Part shown: positions 1 to 64,000 of the stretch, in pieces
Layout of the letters: each line of letters opens with the position of its first letter
Numbering within the stretch: the first letter of the stretch is position 1
Assembly (NCBI GenBank): GCA_030141605.1
Contig: JAQGDQ010000122.1
Location: forward strand, 124,001-188,000
Direction: 5' to 3'
DNA length: 64,000 bases
DNA from: Tubiluchus corallicola
Lineage: Eukaryota; Animalia; Priapulida
Notes under the pieces: generated by a model
Databases searched by the model: none
Told to the model about the DNA's origin: nothing
The model's input: only the letters and a program-made list of their open reading frames with translations
Program-made: the position numbers and the translations under genes

Positions 1-958
1 AGCAGCTGATGGCACAACACCTCTGCTGATATTAGCCTCCAATGGTCGAAGCTCAAACTGCCGTCCAGTGGTCAACGACCGATTCTTGATTGTGGCTATT
101 TACGAGAGTTGATAAATTGACGTGATCCGTGCAAGATTAGATAAAACCAATGATAAGAATACTTGAAACTCTGTTGGTTATTTTCATATAGGTGGTATAG
201 TTTCTTTCAGGCTTGTAGGGGCTGAGTTGGGCTCTAATATAAATGGCGAGAAAAATAATTATTGGTTTAAACAAGTAGTAGGGTTATAGAAACAGTTTTA
301 GGGTCGTCAGAAGTGTAACGTACAATTTATCCAGTTCTGGTAAAGCATATGCTTGCAGTAGTAAGAGTAATAGTTTAAACTATAAATACTATAATTTATG
401 TATCCGCACATTTAAATGTAAGGTTTATGTTTTGGGAATTGTTATACAACTTTTCTTCTCACACTGTTCTGCAAGGAAATCTTAAACATTATTAATTTAA
501 ATGTTATTACTGGTAACAATAACAGTTTAAGTGTGAATGTGTAAACGTGTAAACGCTCCATGAACGTGTAAACCTTTATGGAGCGTTACAGAGTTTAGTA
601 ATTTCAGTTTTATGCAGTAGAGACACATTATTGACGCCTGTAGATCTCTACAATCGCCATTCAGAATTATTCTAGCGAACAGTGACTGTTTTTTACTCAA
701 GCAATTATTATGTTATAAAGTGCATACTTGAACGCTGTATATCCAGGTATGTGATTAACCCGGGGCAATGTAGCCTTAGTGAGGGGTGTGTACTACAGAG
801 GAATTGAGGAACCGGTACATGGTCGAACTGAAAAACTTTTTGAATTGCCGGTTTACTCCACGGCGTGTAAGTCATAGATAAAAACTTGACATCATAGAAC
901 ATGAGCATTACGGATCAAAACTTAGTTGTTCAATTTTTATTTTAATCTTCGTTTGTGC

Positions 959-1370
959 CAGGACTGGATTATCCTATGGGGCTTGTATAGGCTGCAGGTT
1001 AAAACCCGCCCTCAAGCTTGGGGGCCTTCAAGCTTTGGTAACATTTCATAAAAAAATTACTACCGTTGTGTTGAAATATATGCCAATTTCGTTTGCAATA
1101 AATAGTAAAAAAGTGGTATATCTTAAAGAATATATTTATTGACCTAGGAAAGACAGCTATTTCATGTTATTTAAAGAATTTGCAATAGTTTACTTCAAGC
1201 TATGTAAATAGCTAAAATATATCATGAGTAAAAGGTATTTAATACGGGTGCAGGCGAGTTAGAGGGTGCCTCCATCTGAGGGGGTGTGAGCGAGTTAGAG
1301 GGTGGCTCCGTGTTAGAGGCCCCATAATTTTACTTGCCTAGGGGCCCCAAAAGGTCATAATCCGGTCCTG
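959..1370. mobile_element. Non-autonomous hAT-like DNA transposon (MITE)
   Basis: TIRs CAGGACTGGATTAT...ATAATCCGGTCCTG; partly matching 8-bp flanks GTTTGTGC/GTTTCTAT; inverted homologous copy at ~23777-24660. Confidence 0.7.
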
Positions 1371-2899
1371 GTTTCTATTCTGCTTTCCTTTTCAGATTTT
1401 AGATTTATTTTATTTCATAGTAAAAGCCATATAAAAATATAAAACACTTACATCGCATAGAAGCTGCTCTAAAACTATAAACAGCAGTGAAAAGAAACCT
1501 TCCGTCAGCTGTTGGTTGCAACTAACTCTAAAACGTGTTCGATTATTGCATTGACATGAGTAAATGAAGCTGAATAAATTTTATTGTATTTTTGTACAAA
1601 TGGTGTTGAATAAACATAAAAATCGAATTCAGTTGACACGTCTGCTTTTAAATATGTAAAAGAAACAAATGGTCAGCGCAGCACTGAATTTGTTCTTAAT
1701 TAGTAACTGCTGTATTTAAGGGCTGGAATATATAAGATAAACAAATGTATAAAGAAATTACACGACATTGCATAAAGTAATGCAAAAAATAGTCAATTAT
1801 TTGTTAGTAATCTTAATTTGAGTTTCGTTCAGACATCTCATTCACAGTAAGTGTATTTAGATGGACAATCACTTTCGTCATTTGCAGATTAATTATTATG
1901 ACTACTGTGTGTTGTGAACTTCTGAATAACTTGTTATTTTGAGCTACAATTCTTTTCTCTTTACAGGTTATTTTTAGCGTTACTGGTAAATTTGCGGTAA
2001 GTATAACGTGTCCTGCTGGATTACACAGCAGCATCTTTTTAATCGTAGTTTTTACTCTGATTTCGATATCTCTTCCTCCTGTGTCCCCCGCCATGCTTTC
2101 CGCCCAGCGTGGTCAAAGGGTTACATTAGTGCGACAGTGCCTGAACTGCATGCTACGAATAACATGTTAAAGGTACGCAAGCTCTGTTAATTCAATACGT
2201 ATTTTAGTAGATGGAGATGCTGTCACGAAACACAGTAAACAGAATTAGGAATACATTGTGCATAACGTGATGACATCTATTAACAAGAATGTAAGGTATT
2301 AACAGCGGGGACCCGTTTAAGGTTGCGTGCAGTTTAGTTGTGCGTCGCATAAATGTACCCCACTTTGGTTTATCATGTTTTTGGGGACACCCGAGATTTA
2401 AAGTATCCAACTGCTGCCTATTACACATTTGCATCTGTTTGCAGTTTTTAAAATTACCCTTTAATAGTTACAGCTGGCAACTTTTTAGTTTTGTGACATT
2501 TCATTTCCTGGGTTGTTTTTGTTTTTTATATGAGTTGGCTGATAAGTTAATTAGTATCAATTAGTGTATTACAGTTTAAGCACAACGAATATTACTTTAT
2601 CTGGTATATTACTGTATACACCGTGTAACTGATTTGATTTTTGAAAAGACAATTCAGACTAGCAAGAGGAAGCGAACCTTCTGCTTTTAGTTTCCACCAG
2701 CTTAGCTATCGGCTGTTTTAAAGATTTTAAAGACAGACAAACGGGTTTATATATGTATTATCAGCAGTATATTTAATGCTTAGGCATGGTGGCACATGTT
2801 CGTACCTATATTATGCTTCCATGTTTGAACATGCAGGTGGAACGTTAAAAGCCAATCAGATGTATTTTAATCTACTGCAGGTATGAAGCTATTTGCGGG

Positions 2900-3900
2900 T
2901 GTGGTTTCACTGCATTCAAACCAGACTTGTCGCTTCTTGGTGTGTTCTCAGTGTATTGAATACAGAGTTATTCTTAGTTGTGCTCTGTCTATTGATTGTT
3001 AGATGTGTAATAAAGACAGATTTGTTCTTTGATGTATTAAATGAAGCCATACTTATTCTTAGGTGTGGTGCCAGTGCATCTAAGACCAAGTTGTTCTTAG
3101 GAATAGAACGCGTTCTTGTTTTTAGATGTGTCTGATGAAGCTAGATTTGTTCTTAGGTGTGTCTAATGAAGCTAGATTTGTTATTTAAAGTGTGCTGCCA
3201 GTGTATCTAAGATTGAGTTGTTCTTAGATGTGCTCTCACGGTATTGAAAACAGAGTTGTTTTGAGGCCTGTCTAATGAAGCCATATTTGTCCTTCGAAGT
3301 GCTTCCTACACCTTGGTGTAGAAGGTAGGGTTGTTCTTACTGGCATGCTTAGAGTTTATTGAAACGGGACTTTTTCTTAGAAGTGTATAATAAAGCCAGG
3401 CTTGTTCTTATGTATGCTTTCAAGGTGCAGAAGACAAAGCTATTCTTAGGTGTGTACTCAGCCACTAAAGCCAGACTTGTTCCTTACTATGTTCTAAATT
3501 TATTGAAGCCATATTTATTGTTAGCTGTGCTCCCAGTGTAAAGAAGATAGAGTTGTTTTTGGTGACTTTGCATTCCAACTTTGTTCTTTGGTGCTTCTGA
3601 TGAAGTCAGATTTGTTCGTAGGCGTCATCTCAGTCTATTGAAGCCAGACTTGTTCCTAAGTGTACAGTACCAAACAGTTTCCTACTGTACAGAAGACGGC
3701 ACTCCCAGGGTATTGAACACAGTTGTCTTTTATGTTCCTAGTGAAGCCAAACTTTTTTGATGTGTCCAATTAAGCTAGATTTATTCATAGGTTCACTGCC
3801 AGTGTTCTGAAGACAGGGCCCCTAGGTATGCTTCCAGTCTATTGAAGATGCTGCCAGATTTGTTTGTAGGGTGTAGCCATTGTCCGACTGTATTGAAGAC
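2900..3900. repeat. Old degenerate minisatellite-like region
   Basis: Recurring motif resembling (gta)ttgaagccaga(t/c)ttgttcttaggtgtg with highly diverged units. Confidence 0.6.
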
Positions 3901-6488
3901 ATGTTATGTCTTTCCGCCACTGTGTCGCCGCCTACAGCGTCAATCATGTACTACAACGTGTTAGCAGAGCCGAAAGGAAAGCAATTAATTGAACTCTGGT
4001 GTAAAAACAGCTGCTTTTGAGCTGGTAGAGGAGAACCATTTCCTGACTTTCATGCCGACGAATTGCTGTGTTCACATTAAAGCAGAGGCATGTTTAAAAT
4101 AGTTTCTCTGTATGTGCAGCACGATGAAACCCTTTAACTACAGAATTTAGGGTGGTTGATTCCAAGTGGTGGTGCAACTAAAATTGAGATTTTTTTATAG
4201 GTACTGAAAATATATGTAATAACAAACTAGTTATCAATAAGTAGTTAAAAATTTACTAGTCTCTATGCAGTTTTTGAATTTGAAAAAATGCAAGCAGATT
4301 AATGGTTGCACTTACCTCATGGCTCGTCACTCTTACCAATAGCAAAAGCACTCAGAACTGTTTTAGTTAGTCAGTCAATCAGTCAGCCAGTCAGTCAGTC
4401 AGTTAATCAGTCAGTAAATAAAAGTATTTATTTATATACAGCCAATATGTTAAAGCTAAGTTAATATTATTTAATACATATATGCATAGTACATTCATAC
4501 TTTCATACCCAACAGTGGAATCAGTGAGGCTTGCATATTAACTGCTCATATAATATTTGCGACCCAATGAGGGTTAATAGTGTGAGAACAGCTGCGAGGC
4601 TCTGTTGGAAATTGCTAAATTAGCCCCGCAGTCTCATCACACGTGTATCTAAGTTTGTTCTGAAATTTCATTTACATCTTGACAACTCATGTCAGGTCAA
4701 TGGCGTCTTGCGGATTAGAGGACGCTTGCGGAAAGGTTTTGAAATTCTTGGTCACTAGAGCAGGTAGGTATAACGATGAATCTGCAAAGAAGTTTAGTTA
4801 TCCGTGTCATAATAGTACCAGAATAATGTCTTTGCTTTAAACTTAAACTTTAACACTCTTTTCTTCATTGGCTTCATTTCACATGACTTTGAGTTTATTG
4901 TAATTTAAGAGAGATAACTAACAAACCATGAATGAAAAGACTTGGCACCAAATGATAGTCAGTTTTTCTTCTGTTTCTTTCTTTAATTTCAGTTTTCTGA
5001 GTCGTTCCACATAGTTTTTATAACGTGTTTGCGTGATTAAGTTATTTGCTTGTGTAAATAAGGATTATGACTAATTATACGGGATGGAGATTTCTGAAAT
5101 ACCCTAGACAAGATTCACTCACTAGTGTACTAGTCATTATCTATAAATAGCAGGATCCACTTTCTCTCCTGTTGTCATTCATAACACAAACCAGGGCGCG
5201 CCCATTGAAATGAAGCCAAGGAAACGTATCCTTTATGAAATTAAGAAAATCTTCTGTTTATAATGAAGCCAGATACTAAGTCTCACGACTTTCACGTGCG
5301 TGGGTCAAAGTCAGACCGTTGACGACAAGTGACTGATGCATCCTCTCTGGTACTGATGCTGCGAAGGAACAGCACCTTATCGTCTTTCAGGCATCTGCCA
5401 AATTTGGTGGATGCCAGATGTTCGTCGAAGATACTTTGCACTGGGTGGTTGCGTTGTTGAGTGACGTAACTTGCCCGTCCTCTGGATTAAACCATTTGGC
5501 TTCTGGAGGTAGACGAACCCTGACCAGTAAGCAGGAATTTCTACAAAATTAGTGAAGCCGACTAAAACAAATTCATGGGAAACGGAATTTGGGAACTGGT
5601 ACTGAAAAGAAACCACACTTGACTCGGTTGGACAGTTTCTGGCAAACTTTAAAAGTTGACAATTAACAATACCATTTATTATACTGATTGTAAATGTCAG
5701 AAGTTAATAAATCATTGTAGTTTATTTCACAATAACCTATTAACGCCCCCATAATCTAAATAAATTTTAAAAACTGTAAACTTTTCGAGATTGAAAAGCA
5801 AATTGGCATTTCTGTGCAATTGATTTTTACTTTCTGCACCTACAGAAATGATTCATAATATGTATTCAAACGCCAGAAAATGCCATTTAGAAGACAAACT
5901 GGCAAGTTTATCAAAGTTAATAAGTAATTGAACATGCGTAATGCAAGTTCCCCTAACTTTTGATTTAACTTTCGTTTGTGACTTTGGATCAGCGGCTAAT
6001 GTACGAAAATTTCAGTGTTATTTTAAACTATTGAAATTATTTCCTGTTTTGCATAATTTACCCCTGCGCACATTCGTTTGAACAGTGCGATAGTAAAATC
6101 GGGGACGAATCTTATCGGCTGTTGAAGCCATGCAGTACCTTCTACAAATCACAGACGATGTTTTGTTGTACAAATAGTTGTAATAATTCGGCAATAATAA
6201 TTATAATCGTTGTAACAAGAATCTGTCATAGATAGTTTATACATAGATGGCTTATATTTCCTGCAAACCGTTCTACATTGCATCTGCTTTGTGCTCTGAT
6301 TTTTTGTTGTACCCTGAACTACAACGACGATGACGACTGATAACGATGCCCATATGGGTCCATGCTTAGGTCCAGTTGAATATTATGATCTTGATACATA
6401 CAGTATTAGTTTTGTCCAGTATCAAAACCACATTCTCTTCCAACAGATACGTGCAGACTCTCTTCCCTTCTTGCATCTTCCAGTATCT

Positions 6489-6500
6489 CACGTGACGTCA
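6489..6500. promoter_or_regulatory. Overlapping E-box (CACGTG) and CRE (TGACGTCA) upstream of a putative 5'UTR exon
   Basis: CACGTGACGTCA at 6489-6500; strong donor GTAAGT at 6715-6720; acceptors just upstream of the ATG imply a non-coding first exon. Confidence 0.4.
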
Positions 6501-8058
6501 CTGAATGACACGCCAGTTTGGATAACTTTACATAAACAGCCGGTTAGCCCGCTTGCTCAGGGATGCTGCTGCAGTGCTGGCGTTTTTGACTGTTCGAGTC
6601 AAACCCACTGCACTGCTAGTGTTTTTCAGTTTCCTGTTTAGTTTTGCTGGTGTCTTTAGCTTTTTCTCTGTGACAGGGTGTTTCGTGTTAGGTACTCTTT
6701 AGTTGTAATTGAACGTAAGTAAACATGGATAGATCTACGTAGGTAATGCTGAGAAGAATTAGGATAACATTCGTACAGTCGATTAGGCTGTCAACCTTTT
6801 GGCTTAAAATGTTCCATAGAAAATGTCTTATAATTGTTAAGATAGTTAGTACACATAATAAATTATGCTGGTAGAGTGATACAAATTTTAAAATTATCGG
6901 TCAGTCTGGAAGGTCGGCCATATAGTAGGCCAATATACGCGGACAAAAAGCCTTCAGACTATTCTAGTGTTTTTGTGCTCTGTCAACTTATTAATTCTCG
7001 TAGTGAAAATGAACATAGGACCTACTTGGCTAATTAAACCGATTTGTTCATTCACAGACGCAATCAAGAGTCATTAGTAGAAAATGATCAGTTGAAAAAC
7101 TAGGCCCTGCATGACCTAACATTTTTAAATTAATTACAGTTAAGATGGAAAAAAATAGCAAAATGTTCCAGTTTAGTTTCTACTTTTTGGCGTCCAAAGA
7201 CTTCTGTCATGAAACAATAACAAATCTAGTTGGTTCCGACACATTTCTATGCGATGCAGCTGAGCTAAGTACAATTGTTAGACCTATATTATTAGATTGA
7301 TGGCCGTCCGTTTGGGTTCGCCTTCCACTCATGACAATTAATAAGAAAGTCAAGATATGTTTTAGAAAGTTAGCTAAATTCGACATGACTTCATTTAATT
7401 GTACTTTGTTAGCCCCTAAGTTGTCTAACTACATGTATAACTCATAGCTATATAGGGCTAGGCCTCATTAGTACTTGAAGTCGGCTGGTATTTTGGAAAC
7501 TAATAATAGGAGATGGATTGCAACGCTTAACTGAAGACATGATGCAGATCTAACAGCACTTTCATACAGGTTCAGTTAATAGCAATAGTTTATTGAGTAT
7601 AAATAAGAGAGTCATTGACAGCCAAAGATATAGGCCAAATGTAAAGTTTACTAGCAGATAAAGAATTAATTTCAAAATCTTTCGTTCTGCTTAGTTGCTG
7701 TTTTATTGATCTACACTACGATACTAGAACTGTAGTGTAAAATATTATGCCTCCATAATAAAGAGCGGGAATTTTCCCAGCTTGGCACAACAACTTCCGT
7801 TTGTTTTTAACTGCACTGCTACGTACAGCGTTTATGAAATAAGGCGGGTTCTCTTCCTTTTCCTGTCTACAGCAGCCCAGTTCAACTGAAAAAAACTTCA
7901 TTCAAATTTTCTTGGGCGTGGGTCAGCATGCGTAATTGTTTGCGTAAATTAAATTAACTTTTTGTTAATTTTAATTACTGGGAACTGCTCCTGTAATTGC
8001 AGTTGGATACTTTGAAATCTCAGGTGTATTTTGAACGGAACCGGAAACAGGTGTAACC

Positions 8059-62585
<54,527 letters not shown>

Positions 62586-64000
62586 GTAAGTTGCTCTGTT
62601 CAGAACACATTGTACAGGGATGAGAATTTTCTGTGGATACGCGGAATTCCGAGTTTTTGGAAGACCAGTAGTGCCGGTTTTGTAAATCGCGTAAATTCGT
62701 TGAGAAAATTTTTACGGACCCAGTACATTATTTCACAAGCTGACCGCTAGATGGCGGACAGTCACTTTGTTTACATCACGTACATCAGTGTAACCACGTG
62801 TAGATCTCTATGTATAAAAATATAGAATCAATTGTGTGGAGTTATTTGAGTCAAATGCAGACAGTTTTTATATACTTTTGCATAGGAGCGGCCAGTACTT
62901 ACACGTTTTTGAGAAAATTAGGTATCATGTATCCTTGATAGTTGGGTGTTTTAAATTATGCATGAAACGACGTAATTGATATTTTAAGTCCACTTAGAGG
63001 CTCACTATGGTCACAAAATTGCAATTTGTTGCTGCCTACGGCCTGTTTCAGAGTTTTTACAATTTTTAATTCTCATCCCTGATTGTAGAGTTTCATCTTG
63101 TAGCCATACTTGTTTCATTTGTCCGTGTTTGCTTTTTTATCTGCTCGTATTTTGGTGAAAAGTGGATTTTTTAACAAGTAGTTGATTGTACAACAGAAAT
63201 TACATAGTAGTGGTGGCACTGAACTTTCGAATTTGATTTAAACGAGTTTTTTAGGTACGCATATTTGCTTGGCTTTCTCAGCATGATAGATTTCCGACTT
63301 ATATAATATTTCATCAATACGTTGTTATTTGTTAATTTTTTAATTATTTTTCTATTCTAAGTGATTGTCTGTTCTCTTTAAGAGCATTTTGTAAAAACAA
63401 ATCTAAAACCAATATCAGGTGCATTTTCTGACATTTTTAGGACGTTTTTTCAAATTAAATCATTCTTTGTTCTTCCTGGTTTTTTGTTTATTCAGCCATC
63501 AGTTGCAAAGCTTCTCCCAAGCTGCACAGGTAAATGGTTAAATGAATTTACTTTGCCGGCATTGATTGAACAGTGTCATACTGTGTTATTGTGCACTAGT
63601 CTTTGCTGTGTGTGCGCGCTGCTAGTGTAAGCAAGCCAGCTTTTAGGTAACTTTGATTGCCTGATTGATTGGCTTATGCTCGTTCTATTATGTGAAAAGT
63701 TGCAGAATATGATGAAAGAGAAATCTGCTCTAGTTGACAGTGTGTCAATGGCCTCTCGGGTCGTGGATGCTTTTCTTGTGTTCTGCGTCAATTGTACAAA
63801 ATCTGCTTGAGTTGACAGTGTGTCGATGAGCTCACGGGTGATGACTTCTTTTTGCGTGTTGTCGGTTGATGAGCGTAACTGAATGCGTGCAGTTAGACAT
63901 TAGTGAAAATCATTGCAAATGTGTCATGAGTTAAAAAGATTCCTTTTGATTTGTCCCTTGAAATCACATGATTTTATATTTTGATTTGAAAGTCTGAAAT

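Noticed and set aside
747-866. Exon-like segment with CAG acceptor and GTAAGT donor
   Set aside because: Stops in all three frames and no recognisable product; at most a UTR exon and unsupported

Overview
AT-rich, intron-rich animal genomic DNA, most likely from a protostome invertebrate (species not determinable). The window is dominated by one + strand filamin gene (FLNA/cheerio-like). I traced 31 coding exons by hand from the ATG at 8059 to the donor after 62585. All have GT-AG boundaries with consistent phases, giving 6304 nt or about 2100 aa: a CH1-CH2 actin-binding domain followed by Ig-like filamin repeats, continuing past the window end. Introns carry non-autonomous DNA transposons (piggyBac-, hAT-, Tc1/pogo-, Kolobok-like), a solo LTR and several minisatellites. 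Main observations: (1) a 1080-nt frame-preserving exon inserts two Ig repeats plus two elastin-like Pro/Gly/Ala/Gln spacers into the rod and is flanked by Rbfox/QKI-type motifs; (2) a candidate internal ATG-only first exon could make a short filamin lacking the actin-binding domain; (3) an antisense intronic fragment of the mitochondrial phosphate carrier last exon, missed by the ORF track; (4) a minisatellite derived from a transposon terminus. Protein family assignments come from remembered sequences, not database searches.
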